A stretch of 64,000 nucleotides of DNA from Candidatus Latescibacterota bacterium (GCA_965205975.1 OZ242195.1:256001-320000), one strand, 5' to 3'. Positions 9,010 to 19,809 are shown, counted from the first letter of the stretch. Program-made: numbers and translations. Notes: a model not told the origin generated them from the letters alone.

Positions 9010-10176
9010 TCAATAACTTTTTATTAACGCTACCGCCTGTGCTGCTATGCCTTCTTCGCGTCCGACAAAACCCATGTATTCGGTTGTGGTTGCTTTTACC
9101 GATATGAGATCAACCGATACTTCCAATGCGCGTGCCATGTTTTCGCGCATTTGTTCAATATACGGCGATAGCTTTGGGCGTTGCGCCATCACGGTTGCAT
9201 CCACGTTGAGCACCTGTGCGTGCGATTCTTTCAGAATGTGGGCCACGCGCGCCAGCAATGTGAGACTTGATATATCTTTGTACGCGGCGTCTGTATCGGG
9301 AAAGAGCTGACCAATGTCGCCAGCACCCAGCGCGCCCAATAGGGCATCAATGACGACGTGGGTTAATACATCTGCATCTGAGTGGCCCAGCAATCCTTTT
9401 TCGTTGGGAATATGTACGCCGCCTAAGATCAGCGCACGGTCCTTCACCAGTTGATGCGCGTCATAGCCCTGACCAATTCGCAATGTCGGTGTCACGTCAC
9501 CTCGTTGTTCTAAAATGTGTAAACCCATGTCGAGGTCTTCTGGCGATGTAATTTTGATGTTGTCTGCTCGCCCGGGCACAATGGTTACAGCTTCGCCCAA
9601 ACGCTCTACCAGAGCCGTATCATCTGTGCCCAGATATCCCGATTCGCGTGCTGCCTGATGGGCGCGGAAGATCACATCGCGGCGAAATGCCTGGGGCGTT
9701 TGCACGGCTCGCAATGTCGCTCTGTCCAGGGTTTTTACGACTTGATCGCCCTGCACGCGCTTTATCGTATCTGTTACTGGGGTGCCCAAAACAGCGGCAC
9801 CGCGTTCAGTTGCTGCCAGAACTACGGCATTGATCTCTTCGGGGGTTATATAAGCCCGCGCGCCGTCATGGATAGCAACTACGTCGGCATCTTGTGGAAT
9901 CATCTGTAGCCCACACGCCACGGAGTCCTGTCGTTCTGCACCGCCGGCAACCACATTGACGACTTTGGAAAATTTTTTCTTTCCGAATTGTTCTCGACAA
10001 GTATCGATGTCTTCACGCCCCACGACCAGCACAATGCGGTCAATGCGGTCTGCGCGTTCAAATGCGGTCAATGTCCAGGCCAATACGGGACGCCCGGCAA
10101 GGTCGAGAAATTGCTTTGGGATATGTGTCCCCATTCGCTTTCCCGATCCGGCAGCGAGAATGATGGCGTAGTTCAT
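9010..10176 (-). CDS. ispDF: Bifunctional IspD/IspF (MEP pathway)
   Basis: LAAGSGKRMG...PKQF, IHDGAR, QTPQAF, then RIGQGYDAH, GHSDADV, VKATTTE. Confidence 0.96.
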   Translation of the reverse strand: MNYAIILAAGSGKRMGTHIPKQFLDLAGRPVLAWTLTAFERADRIDRIVLVVGREDIDTCREQFGKKKFSKVVNVVAGGAERQDSVACGLQMIPQDADVVAIHDGARAYITPEEINAVVLAATERGAAVLGTPVTDTIKRVQGDQVVKTLDRATLRAVQTPQAFRRDVIFRAHQAARESGYLGTDDTALVERLGEAVTIVPGRADNIKITSPEDLDMGLHILEQRGDVTPTLRIGQGYDAHQLVKDRALILGGVHIPNEKGLLGHSDADVLTHVVIDALLGALGAGDIGQLFPDTDAAYKDISSLTLLARVAHILKESHAQVLNVDATVMAQRPKLSPYIEQMRENMARALEVSVDLISVKATTTEYMGFVGREEGIAAQAVALIKSY

Positions 10177-10185
10177 GGTTTGCGC

Positions 10186-11367
10186 TCATATGTTATACTG
10201 ATCCTGTTCCCGTCTGGCCCAGTCGGCGTTGACAAACATGTTCAGACCGGGATCGGCGTATATGCCGTCTATTTTGTCGCCGTCGTGCCGTCGCAAGAAA
10301 TCGATGTCGATCTCTACGCCCCAGCCCGGGCCTCCGGGCAATTCAAAATGACCATCTACGACTTCGGGGTACGGCGTTCCCGCGCGTTTGACGTGCTCAT
10401 CTGCAAAGTCATTAAAATGTTCGAGTACTTTGCCATTGCGGAGGGTTGCCATCAGGTGAAGGGTCGCAACGGTGGTGATAATTCCGCCAACATTGTGTGG
10501 CGCGACCATCACGTTGTAGGTTTCAGCCGTTGAGGCAATTTTCTTAGTTTCCAACAGGCCGCCACACTGGTTCAGGTCCGGCTGGATGATATCCACGGCC
10601 CGCATGGGGAACAGGTCTCTAAATTCCGCGGCTTTGTAAAGCCTTTCTCCGGTCGCAATTGGGATGGATGTATGTTGCGCTACTTTGGTCAATGCGCCCA
10701 GATCTTCCGGACGCGTCGGTTCTTCAATCCATCCCGGGCGCAGGTGTTCAATTGCTTTGGCTATTTCGATGGCTTGATGGGACGCGAACCGACCGTGCAT
10801 TTCTACAAATATCTGTACGCGATCACCCACGACGGAATGCACGGCTTCGATCAATTCAACGGATTTAAAAAATTCGTCGCGCGTCAGTTCCAGGTTGCCA
10901 TTGCCAAACGGATCAAATTTAAGGCCGATATATCCGCGGTCGATCACTTTTTGAGCTGCTCTGGCATATTCTTCTGGCGACCGCTCCACTGTGTACCAGC
11001 CATTTGCATACGCGGGTACGCGTTCAATTGTTTTGCCGCCGATCAGATTGTACACGGGCTGATTGGTCAATTTGCCAATGCAATCCCAACACGCCATCTC
11101 TACGAGTGCCAGTCCCGTCATCACAACTTCGCCTGGTACACCGAAATCGTGGAGTGTAAATCGGCAATAGAGGTCCTCTATGTCGTACACACTGTGTCCG
11201 ATGAAATGACGCCTGGTGTCTTTCAGAAATTCCAGCACAGTATGTGTTTTGCCCAAGACGCGCGCTTCGCCAACCCCGCGCGTGCCGTCTTCCAATTCGA
11301 TAAATACATAAGTCAAATTGCGCCAGGGCGTTCCCAGCACATAAGTTTCGTAATTTTTGATTTTCAA
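10186..11367 (-). CDS. Mandelate racemase/muconate lactonizing enzyme family (galactonate dehydratase-like)
   Basis: AYANGW, LKFDPFG, EMHGRF, WIEEP, ATGERL, IIQPD, APHN; TTG start at 11367 with AAGGAG RBS. Confidence 0.9.
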   Translation of the reverse strand: MKIKNYETYVLGTPWRNLTYVFIELEDGTRGVGEARVLGKTHTVLEFLKDTRRHFIGHSVYDIEDLYCRFTLHDFGVPGEVVMTGLALVEMACWDCIGKLTNQPVYNLIGGKTIERVPAYANGWYTVERSPEEYARAAQKVIDRGYIGLKFDPFGNGNLELTRDEFFKSVELIEAVHSVVGDRVQIFVEMHGRFASHQAIEIAKAIEHLRPGWIEEPTRPEDLGALTKVAQHTSIPIATGERLYKAAEFRDLFPMRAVDIIQPDLNQCGGLLETKKIASTAETYNVMVAPHNVGGIITTVATLHLMATLRNGKVLEHFNDFADEHVKRAGTPYPEVVDGHFELPGGPGWGVEIDIDFLRRHDGDKIDGIYADPGLNMFVNADWARREQDQYNI

Positions 11368-11384
11368 GGGGTGCTCCTTTTTCG

Positions 11385-12422
11385 CTATAATATCATCATT
11401 GCATCGCCATAACTGTAAAACCGATAGGCTTTGCGTACGGCTTCTCGGTATGCTCGCATCGCAAAATTGCGCCCCATGAATGCGGCGACAAGCATGAGTA
11501 AAGTGGATTCTGGCAGATGGAAATTGGTGATTAGACCATCTACCAATCGAAAATCGTAGGGCGGATAGATAAAGGTGTGCGTCCAGTCCGATCCGGATTT
11601 TAGTTGCCAATTCGATCCGATTTTTACTGCTGCGGACTCAAGTGTTCTCACCGATGTCGTTCCCACTGCAATGACACGCCCGCCATTTGCCCGGCATCGG
11701 TTGACGGTTCCTGCTGCGCGTTCATCGATTTTCCAAAATTCCGCACCCATTTTGTGATCGCGTATATCGTCTGCTTTTACGGGTTGAAATGTCCCCGGTC
11801 CGACATGTAACAGGATTCGCGCTAAACTTATGCCCAATGCTTCAATTTTTGCCAATAGATCGGGGGTAAAATGAAGCCCCGCGGTGGGAGCAGCGACCGA
11901 TCCGCGCACACGCGCATAGACCGTCTGGTATCGCTCTTTGTCAGAGGCGCGATCTTCCCGTCGAATATAGGGCGGCAATGGCACATGACCATGCGTTTTT
12001 AGCAGTTCATCCAGTGATCCTTTGCCCTCAAACCGCACGCGGCGATTGCCCGAGTCCAGTACATCCTCGATAATGGCAATCAGGTCTGATCCTTCAAAAG
12101 CAATTTGAGCCCCGATTTTCAATCGCCGCCCGGGCCGTGCCATTACTTCCCAGCTATCGCCATTGGGATGCAGCAGCAGAAGTTCTACTGCGCCTCTGGT
12201 GATTGGCCGATATCCTTTTAATCGCGCGGGAAATACCCGGGTTTCGTTCAATACCAGACAATCGCCTGCGCGCAAGAAGTTGGGCAATTCCCGAAATATT
12301 CGATGTTCAATCTCGCGGGGCGTGCGATTTGCCACCATCAAACGGGACTCATCGCGTTCAGCCGTTGGGTATTGTGCGATCAGGTCATGGGGTAATTCGT
12401 AATAAAAATCAGAACGCTTCAC
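11385..12422 (-). CDS. queA: S-adenosylmethionine:tRNA ribosyltransferase-isomerase
   Basis: PLPPYI, YQTVYA, GSVAAPTAGLHFT, TNFHLPESTL, YRFYSYGDAM. Confidence 0.98.
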   Translation of the reverse strand: MKRSDFYYELPHDLIAQYPTAERDESRLMVANRTPREIEHRIFRELPNFLRAGDCLVLNETRVFPARLKGYRPITRGAVELLLLHPNGDSWEVMARPGRRLKIGAQIAFEGSDLIAIIEDVLDSGNRRVRFEGKGSLDELLKTHGHVPLPPYIRREDRASDKERYQTVYARVRGSVAAPTAGLHFTPDLLAKIEALGISLARILLHVGPGTFQPVKADDIRDHKMGAEFWKIDERAAGTVNRCRANGGRVIAVGTTSVRTLESAAVKIGSNWQLKSGSDWTHTFIYPPYDFRLVDGLITNFHLPESTLLMLVAAFMGRNFAMRAYREAVRKAYRFYSYGDAMMIL

Positions 12423-12462
12423 TGGACGAGTTTTTTAAAAAAGTGAGAATGTGGCAATCGTA

Positions 12463-13242
12463 TCATTCAAAGAGCGATGGGAAGTGGCGATGTGGTTCTG
12501 CTGGCTCTCTGAAGAGAATTTGCTGGCGCGGTGTTAGTTCTACATTGGTTGGCGGTTGTACGCGATTGGGTCTCCAGGCGGTGTGCGCTACGCAGTATTT
12601 ATAGAGGAGAGAGCGTCGTTCGTGCTTGCCGTACCAGGCCGATGTTCCGTGCGTTAGAGCTTCGGTAAATAAAATGGCAGAGCCAGCGGGTGCTTGTGGA
12701 ATGATTATAAGGGGCGATTTTTCAGGGGCATCGAATATTTTTTGAGGCAATCGGTAGTTGCTTTTGTGACTGCCGGGAATGCAGCAAAATCCCCCGTGGT
12801 CTGGCCCTGCGTCTGTGAGGCTCCACGCTACAACCATGAATCCGTCGGTGATCTCGTGTTTTGGAAAATTAAAGTATTTGCCCGGCACTGATCCCGAAAT
12901 AGGTGACATGGCGCCGTAGTCGGCGTGCAGACGCCCTCTTTCCATGCCCGCTTCCATGTACATGCCATAGAGGCGATCAAGGCGAAAGCAGTCGCCCAAT
13001 CGGAAGCGCAATATGGGCATAATTTGAGGGTGATCAAGGAGGTCGCAAAAGGATTTTCCCCATTGCAGAAAGCCCGGCCCGTCTGGCGCGCTGCCAAATC
13101 GCTGCGTTTTGCCCGGTGGGGGCAGTTTTTGTTGGTCAAATAGTTCATTGAGTGTTGCCACTTCGTCTGCGTTTAAGACATTTTCAACGACGAGATAGCC
13201 CTGCAAGTCGAACAGGTACTGTTGTATTTCAAGGTCTTCCAT
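12463..13242 (-). CDS. Phytanoyl-CoA dioxygenase (PhyH) family protein
   Basis: FDLQGYLVVENVL, LHAD, IPGSHK, EALTHG. Confidence 0.9.
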   Translation of the reverse strand: MEDLEIQQYLFDLQGYLVVENVLNADEVATLNELFDQQKLPPPGKTQRFGSAPDGPGFLQWGKSFCDLLDHPQIMPILRFRLGDCFRLDRLYGMYMEAGMERGRLHADYGAMSPISGSVPGKYFNFPKHEITDGFMVVAWSLTDAGPDHGGFCCIPGSHKSNYRLPQKIFDAPEKSPLIIIPQAPAGSAILFTEALTHGTSAWYGKHERRSLLYKYCVAHTAWRPNRVQPPTNVELTPRQQILFREPAEPHRHFPSLFE

Positions 13243-13464
13243 AATGTCCTCCTGTTGTTTTTAGATGATGAGGTATAGTGTCCTGGGGTATGATATTGAT
13301 TGGACTATATTAGATTTCGACTTTGGACGCAAGGATAAAGACCAGCAAATGGTCAGTTGCAAAATCAGGTAGGTGGTATTATATTTTGCCGTGTCTTATT
13401 ATTTTACGCAAAGAAACGGTGTGTCTCACGCCGTTTCTTTTTTTCCAAATAACAGGAGCGTGCT

Positions 13465-14505
13465 ATGGCAGTTAAAACGTGTCTTATGGTGGGCGGCGGT
13501 GGTATGGCAGGGGGCTGGATCAATCGCATGACGCAAAAATTTGGAGATCGCATCAAAATTATCGGTCTCGTCGATGTCAATCGGGATGTGCTGGACCGCC
13601 AGGCGCAGACACTTGGCCTGTCTGAAGATCAACTTTTTACCTCACACGAAGATGCTGTGTCCGCTGTCAAAGCCGATTTTTGTGGTGTGGCAACACCGCC
13701 GCCGTTTCACGCGCCAGCAACAGTTGCCGCGCTTGAGGCGGGCATGCCCGTGATATCTGAGAAGCCGATTGCAGATACGCTCGATGCGGCTAAAGACATG
13801 GTTCGCGCTGCCCAAAAGACGGGCTTGCCCTGCGCCATTATTCAAAATTATCGCTATGCCCGAAACAAACAGGAACTCGTTCGAATTCGCGATGAGGGAC
13901 GCCTCGGTCGGCTGCAGCATATTGTTGGACGATATGCTTGCGATTACCGGGAATTTGAGTCGTGGGGCAAAGCCTGGCGGCATACGATGGAATTTGGTCT
14001 TCTCTTTGAAGGCTCAGTGCATCATTTTGATATGCTGCGCTTTCTTTCGGGCGGCGATCCCGATACGCTTATGGGATTTGGCTGGAATCCCGAATGGTCG
14101 AGTTTTGATCACCATTCAAGCGGGATGTATCTCGTGAATATGGACAATGGCACGCATGCGTTCTACGAGGGGAACAGCTCGGCGGCGGGTATTACCAACT
14201 GCTGGCACCGAGAACACTATCGCGCCGAATTTGAAGAAGGTACGGTCGAAATCGCCGAGGGTGCTACCGTGACTATTCACCGCGTTGGGCAAGAGTCAGA
14301 AGTTTATGAAGCGCCTGAAATTGAATGGGAAGGTCACGATCATCTCTTTGATGAGTTTCTCAATTGGCTCGACGGGGGACCGCCTTCCGAGACGCGCATT
14401 GAAAAGAATATTATTTCGTATGCTATGGTTATCGCCGCAATGGAGACGACGCTGGATGGACAGCCGAAGAAAATCGCAGATTATGTTGAGGATCTTGGAT
14501 TATAG
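13465..14505 (+). CDS. Gfo/Idh/MocA family oxidoreductase
   Basis: N-terminal Rossmann GGGGMA, ATPPPFH, EKP motif, HHFD. Confidence 0.9.
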   Translation: MAVKTCLMVGGGGMAGGWINRMTQKFGDRIKIIGLVDVNRDVLDRQAQTLGLSEDQLFTSHEDAVSAVKADFCGVATPPPFHAPATVAALEAGMPVISEKPIADTLDAAKDMVRAAQKTGLPCAIIQNYRYARNKQELVRIRDEGRLGRLQHIVGRYACDYREFESWGKAWRHTMEFGLLFEGSVHHFDMLRFLSGGDPDTLMGFGWNPEWSSFDHHSSGMYLVNMDNGTHAFYEGNSSAAGITNCWHREHYRAEFEEGTVEIAEGATVTIHRVGQESEVYEAPEIEWEGHDHLFDEFLNWLDGGPPSETRIEKNIISYAMVIAAMETTLDGQPKKIADYVEDLGL

Positions 14506-14528
14506 GCTTGAGCCTACCAAAATGCAAA

Positions 14529-14561
14529 AAAGTCCCCCGTAACGCTGTTGCGGGGGACTTT
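14529..14561. terminator. Bidirectional terminator
   Basis: AAAGTCCCCCG / CGGGGGACTTT between convergent genes. Confidence 0.75.
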
Positions 14562-14598
14562 GAATAAGAAAATGGTGAATTGGTCGTTTTTCTTGCCA

Positions 14599-15402
14599 TT
14601 ACATTCCAGATAAGATTCCCCTGATATATCCCAGCGTGAATGCGAGGTCGCGGTCGATGCCCTCAGGTGTTTTAGAGCCGACGCATTCTACGTAGAGCGG
14701 ACCTGTGAATCCCCCGCCGGTTAGTCCGGATAAGATGCGGTGAAAATCGACTTCGCCATCTCCCGCTGTGGTCTGTACATTGGGGTTGTTGTCGGAATCT
14801 AAGGCGCAATCTTTTATAATCGCTGTTGAGGTGTATTTTGCAATATCATCCACTTCCTGCTCTGGGCGCACTTCGCCGCGCGTGTAGTGAATGATGTTGC
14901 CCGGGTCGTAGCTTATCGCAAATGCGGGATGATTGATCTGGTGATACAGGTCGATCAATTCTTTTGCTGTCAGGCTGATGCCCCCGTGAGGCTTGAGGGA
15001 AATTCCCAGGTCTAAGGTTTCCGCGTGTTCAGAGGCACGGCGCATGACTTCGGGATATATGTCGTAATATTCTTTTTTTCCCGTTCCCAATTCCAATATC
15101 CACTTTGCGCCGAGTTCGGCGGCGTTGTCCAATAATTGTTTATACGCATCTGCTGCACCATCCACGCCGTGCTCCAACAGCGCTCTGCCGAGCAACATGG
15201 ATGGATTGACGCCTGCCTGGGCAGCGGCTTTTTTGGTGGCTGCGATTTGCGCGGCACTGCTTTCATTATTTACGGGTATAACCCCATCGTGTGCAAATAC
15301 AGCTACGTCTGTGTATCCCGCGCTTGCGATGTGTTCACACGCCTCTGCAAATGACAGGGCGTTAAGAGGGCGCGTTGTGCTGCCAATGACCAGTTCCATC
15401 AT
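14599..15402 (-). CDS. Sugar phosphate isomerase/epimerase (xylose isomerase-like TIM barrel)
   Basis: YDPGN, IKD, GDGEVDF, GPLYVE pattern. Confidence 0.8.
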   Translation of the reverse strand: MMELVIGSTTRPLNALSFAEACEHIASAGYTDVAVFAHDGVIPVNNESSAAQIAATKKAAAQAGVNPSMLLGRALLEHGVDGAADAYKQLLDNAAELGAKWILELGTGKKEYYDIYPEVMRRASEHAETLDLGISLKPHGGISLTAKELIDLYHQINHPAFAISYDPGNIIHYTRGEVRPEQEVDDIAKYTSTAIIKDCALDSDNNPNVQTTAGDGEVDFHRILSGLTGGGFTGPLYVECVGSKTPEGIDRDLAFTLGYIRGILSGM

Positions 15403-15431
15403 TTACTCCTTCCTTATTTTATCCGGATTGT

Positions 15432-16232
15432 TCATCCGTGGTTGTGAATGTCTTTTCCACAATGTGGGCATTTATCGCCGCGATGAGATTCCTGCATGGC
15501 TTCGACAAATCCGGAACTCAAAATGCCAGCGGGCAAGGCAAACATCCCAACGCCGAGTACGGCAATTATTGCCCCCAGGACTTTGCCCAATGGGGTTATG
15601 GGAAAGACATCGCCGTAGCCCACGGTTGTCAGCGTTACTATTCCCCACCACATGGTTGTTGGAATACTCGAAAATGCTTCGGGTTGTGCATGGTGTTCAA
15701 CAAAGTACATCAAGCTGGATACAATGATTAATAATATAGTCAATGCAAATACCGCAATATAAAGTTCATGGCGTTTATGCCATATTACCTGACCAAACAT
15801 TTGCATAGAACGCGAATAGCGGCCCACTTTGAGCAGGCGAAATAACCGCAACAAGCGCAGGGGGAGCGTGTAATCGGGCGGTATTGTTACGAGCAAGAAG
15901 ACGTAATAGGGAAATATGGCGATGAAATCAATCAGCGCCAGAGGCGTCAGCATAAATGCCAACCTCCCAATCAGGGGGCGCGCGAATTTTGTATCTGCTG
16001 TGCAACACCAGATACGCAGCAGGTATTCAACGGTGAAGATTATCACACATATAGTTTCAAAAATTTCGATAGATTCGCCATAAGTTTTCTTAACTCCCCC
16101 GACGGTTTCGAGTATGACCATTGCCACATTCAAGATAATGAGGGTGAGAATAAAAAGATCAACTATGCGGCTCAGCAGATCTCCTTCCTGGGCTTTTTCC
16201 ATAATTTCATACAAGCGTGTTTTTGCGGTCAT
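15432..16232 (-). CDS. Voltage-gated potassium channel (6TM ion transporter)
   Basis: S4 LRLLRLFRLLK, selectivity filter TTVGYGD, C-terminal CPHCG. Confidence 0.93.
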   Translation of the reverse strand: MTAKTRLYEIMEKAQEGDLLSRIVDLFILTLIILNVAMVILETVGGVKKTYGESIEIFETICVIIFTVEYLLRIWCCTADTKFARPLIGRLAFMLTPLALIDFIAIFPYYVFLLVTIPPDYTLPLRLLRLFRLLKVGRYSRSMQMFGQVIWHKRHELYIAVFALTILLIIVSSLMYFVEHHAQPEAFSSIPTTMWWGIVTLTTVGYGDVFPITPLGKVLGAIIAVLGVGMFALPAGILSSGFVEAMQESHRGDKCPHCGKDIHNHG

Positions 16233-16306
16233 CGCATTTACCTCCCGCTTCAAAATAGAATTGTTTCGCTGTCTTTACAAGTGAATATTAAGCGGTGAGA
16301 TGTGAT

Positions 16307-16330
16307 GTAGGGGCGAGGCATGCCTCGCCC
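16307..16330 (+). repeat. GTAG-type REP-like palindrome
   Basis: GTAG followed by perfect 20-bp palindrome GGGCGAGGCATGCCTCGCCC. Confidence 0.75.
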
Positions 16331-16401
16331 GTTTTAAGATACAAGACGAAAAAAGAAGACAGCGAATAATTTGAGTTGTCTCTCAACACAGGAGATTTTA
16401 T

Positions 16402-18345
16402 TTGTCCGGTTTTTTGAAAAATCCAATTGTTCGAGTTATTTTTGCGATTATTCTTGCAGTGGTTCTGGTAAGCGTTTTGCCGGGGAACAGGGAGCGCGTT
16501 TTACACGAGCAACTGTTGACTGCGATTCCCAAATTGGCGGAGCAGTTTGGCGATTATCCGTGGATGCTGTCGCCAGATGCGGATTATATGTTGCAGAAGG
16601 CTTTTGCCGAAGCACAAGGACGTCGGCCTGATGCGTCTGCTGAGGGGGCTGAGATTGTATTTCGCGGTGCGGCAACTTCCACGGGTTATCACCTCGTTGC
16701 TGGGCGCGGTTCTGATGAACGGGGAGAAGTTTTGTCGCCTGTTACGGCGTGGAGTCTTTTTCCTCCGGTTGCTGCGATTCTGGTGGCTATCATCAGCGGG
16801 CGTCTTATTCTGGGGCTTTCGCTTTCTATTCTCGCGGGGGGCTTTCTCGCGTCGCTGGGTGAACCCCTTTATTATTTGCCGGTTGTTGCGCTGCAAAAAT
16901 CCCTGATTGGCTATGTTTGGACGCCTTTGGAAAGTTCGTTTCAGCTCTATATTCTCGCGTTTACTGCAGGGCTTATCGGTATGGTGCGCGTTACCACGCT
17001 TTCAGGCGGCAATCGCGGCATTGCCAATGTGCTCGCCCGGCGAGCCGAGGGCGCGCGTTCAACGCGGTTGGCGGCATTTTTTATGGGGCTTGCCATTTTT
17101 TTTGATGACTATGCCAATTCTATTGTGGTTGGCTCTACGTTGCGCCCGATAGCGGATCGATTCAGGGTGTCGCGCGAAAAACTCGCGTATATTGTCGATT
17201 CGACCGCCGCCCCTATTGCGGGTATTGCGATTATCAGTACGTGGATTGGATACGAAGTTAGCCTTTTTCAGGATTTGATGACGGATCTCAAGACCGGGCT
17301 GTCGGGGTATCAGCTTTTTTTTAATGCTCTCCCTTTGCGTTTCTATTGTTTGCTCACGCTCACTTTTGTTCTGCTTTCGGCTTATCTTCGCCGCGATTAT
17401 GGGCCTATGCTCGCCGCCGAACGCCGCGCACAAACAACGGGTCAGGTGATGCGCCCTGGCGCGACGCCAATGACGGGTCGCGCACAGGATGAAATTGGTC
17501 CTGTTGAGGGCGTCCGTCCCGTGTGGTGGGCGGCTGTTTTGCCCGTGCTTCTCGTTATTGTGTGCGTTATTGGGGGAATGGCTTTTGATACTTGGAATCA
17601 CGAGAGGGTGCTGGCTGCGCGGCGGGATTATGGTTTGATGAGTAGCGCGTTTTGGAGTGCGTGTTTTTCAAATGCCAATACTGCTCAGGTTCTTTTTATG
17701 GCGGCAATGCTAGGTTCCGCACTCGCGATTGCAATAGCTATTACGCGCAGGCATGGTGAAACAGGTGCGCGGATTATTTCTGTGGGGGATGCTGTCTCGA
17801 CATGGGCGCGCGGTATTGTCGGTGTGTGGTATGCGATTGTTATTCTGATTCTCGCGTGGGCGATCAAAGAGGTCTGCGCGGATGCGGGTACGTCAACTTA
17901 TCTCACCGCAGCACTTTCTCCGCTTATATCCCCGGGACTGCTGCCTTTGTTGATTTTTCTGCTCGCTGCACTTGTCGCCTTTTCTATTGGCACGTCCTGG
18001 ACGACTATGGCGATTCTCATTCCTACGGTTGTTCCGCTGGCACATGCGTTGGGGGGGCTGCCGCTAACTATCCTGGCAGCCGCGGCTGTGCTCGACGGGG
18101 CGATTTTTGGCGATCATTGTTCGCCTATTAGTGATACTACGGTGATGGCGAGTATCGCATCGTCTTGTGACCACCTGGATCACGTTAAAACACAACTTCC
18201 CTACGCGCTGACGACGATGAGTGTCGCGGGCATTTTTGGCTATCTGGGGACGGCACTGATTTATCCGGGTTGGGTTGGGCTTATTTTGGGACTGATCACT
18301 ATTCCAATAATTCTTCTCGCTATAGGTAAAAATCCGGATGAGTAG
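16402..18345 (+). CDS. Na+/H+ antiporter NhaC family transporter
   Basis: IFFDDYAN, SREKLAYIVDSTAAP, GTSW, GDHCSPISDTT, HVKTQLPYA. Confidence 0.92.
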   Translation: MSGFLKNPIVRVIFAIILAVVLVSVLPGNRERVLHEQLLTAIPKLAEQFGDYPWMLSPDADYMLQKAFAEAQGRRPDASAEGAEIVFRGAATSTGYHLVAGRGSDERGEVLSPVTAWSLFPPVAAILVAIISGRLILGLSLSILAGGFLASLGEPLYYLPVVALQKSLIGYVWTPLESSFQLYILAFTAGLIGMVRVTTLSGGNRGIANVLARRAEGARSTRLAAFFMGLAIFFDDYANSIVVGSTLRPIADRFRVSREKLAYIVDSTAAPIAGIAIISTWIGYEVSLFQDLMTDLKTGLSGYQLFFNALPLRFYCLLTLTFVLLSAYLRRDYGPMLAAERRAQTTGQVMRPGATPMTGRAQDEIGPVEGVRPVWWAAVLPVLLVIVCVIGGMAFDTWNHERVLAARRDYGLMSSAFWSACFSNANTAQVLFMAAMLGSALAIAIAITRRHGETGARIISVGDAVSTWARGIVGVWYAIVILILAWAIKEVCADAGTSTYLTAALSPLISPGLLPLLIFLLAALVAFSIGTSWTTMAILIPTVVPLAHALGGLPLTILAAAAVLDGAIFGDHCSPISDTTVMASIASSCDHLDHVKTQLPYALTTMSVAGIFGYLGTALIYPGWVGLILGLITIPIILLAIGKNPDE

Positions 18346-18450
18346 CGGTTGATCCATCCCATCGCCACGTCGTGAGATATGAAATCCACGGGCGGTGTAC
18401 AACTGGTCGCAGTCCAGACCACGACGCGAAGGGACACGGAGGGATAGGAT

Positions 18451-18476
18451 GTAGGGGCGATCCCTTGTGGTCGCCC
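18451..18476 (+). repeat. GTAG-type REP-like element
   Basis: GTAGGGGCGA...TCGCCC, same ends as the element at 16307. Confidence 0.7.
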
Positions 18477-18570
18477 TTTTTTTAGATACAAGTTGATTTT
18501 TTATTATAAATTCGTTTTTTTGTTCAAGAATTTAGTTTTTGCGTACGGGCACACCGGCCAAGGAAAAGGT

Positions 18571-19809
18571 ATGTTATTTCACAGGTTGAAGTTTTCGGGA
18601 CTTTTGTCCTTTGGGCCACAGGGAATCGATTTGCCAATGGAGCCGCTGAACGTCCTGATCGGCCCAAACGGTTCGGGCAAGTCCAACTTTCTGGAGGCGA
18701 TTTCGTTATTCCACGCTGCGCCACGCGGTATCGGGGAACCTATCTCACGCATGGGCGGTATCCGCGAGTGGTTGTGGAAGGGGCTAGAGGCATCGCATTC
18801 GATTACTCTGGAGGCCATGGTTGACTTTCCGTTAAAGGGCCTGTTGCGGCATTACTTGACTCTCACCAACCAGGGTGGGTCTCTCGTGGTGGCTGACGAA
18901 AGAGTCGAACCTACTGAAGGGCATCCCGACGAGCGAGATGGGAGGTCCTACTACCGCCCGCCTAAAGACAAACAGGCGGCGTTAGAGATAACAAATGCCA
19001 ACGCAGAGGCAATGTCAAAGTCCAAAAATGTTAGTGTAGGTGAGTGGTCAGCTCCTCTCTTGGTTGCCCGTTATCGTCCTGGTGCTATCGAGTTCGCGAG
19101 CGAATTTGAACCTGGGCAGTCCTTGCTGTCTCACTCTGCCTTACCGGATTATCGGGCACTTTGGCATCTAAAGGAGCAGTACACGCGTATTCGTCTCTAC
19201 CGAAACTGGTCGTTCGGACCTGGCGCAAATTTACGCCTACCCTGCAACGCACACGCCCGTAGCGATTTTCTGGATGAGGGCGCTGAGAACCTACCGCTCG
19301 TGCTGTCCCAACTGCAGGGGGCGCAAAAGAAAAAGCTCCTCAGCGCGTTGGGCAAGCTATTCGATGGCATTGTCGATGTGCAGTGTCCTGTAACGGGCGG
19401 TACGGTGGCGTTATTTCTCGAAGAAGAGGGCGACCGCTCAATTCCGGCCACACGCCTTTCGGATGGAACACTGCGTTACTTGAGCCTGTTGGCTGTCTTG
19501 TTGCATCCCGAACCACCGCCTCTGATTTGTATTGAGGAACCGGAATTGGGGTTGCACCCCGATCTACTGCCCACGTTGAGTGACTTGATGTACGAAGCGT
19601 CTAAGCGCAGTCAAGTAATTGTTACGACCCATTCCGATGTGCTTGTGGATACGTTGACTGATAAGCCAGAGAGTGTCGTGGTCTGCGAGAAGCACGATGG
19701 ACAGACGGAGATGCGCCGTCTCGATAAGGACGATCTGGCAAAGTGGTTGGAGAAATACAGACTGGGCGATCTTTGGACTTCGGGTGAGTTGGGCGGAAAT
19801 CGATGGTGA
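18571..19809 (+). CDS. ABC-type AAA ATPase (AAA_21-like), putative defence component
   Basis: Walker A GPNGSGKS, signature LSDGT, Walker B ICIEEPE, TTHS; no TM partner; C-terminal GELGGNRW. Confidence 0.88.
   Translation: MLFHRLKFSGLLSFGPQGIDLPMEPLNVLIGPNGSGKSNFLEAISLFHAAPRGIGEPISRMGGIREWLWKGLEASHSITLEAMVDFPLKGLLRHYLTLTNQGGSLVVADERVEPTEGHPDERDGRSYYRPPKDKQAALEITNANAEAMSKSKNVSVGEWSAPLLVARYRPGAIEFASEFEPGQSLLSHSALPDYRALWHLKEQYTRIRLYRNWSFGPGANLRLPCNAHARSDFLDEGAENLPLVLSQLQGAQKKKLLSALGKLFDGIVDVQCPVTGGTVALFLEEEGDRSIPATRLSDGTLRYLSLLAVLLHPEPPPLICIEEPELGLHPDLLPTLSDLMYEASKRSQVIVTTHSDVLVDTLTDKPESVVVCEKHDGQTEMRRLDKDDLAKWLEKYRLGDLWTSGELGGNRW

Noticed and set aside
11368..11610. N-terminal extension of the 474-aa enolase-family ORF
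   Set aside because: Overlaps queA; a TTG start with RBS at 11367 fits the family length
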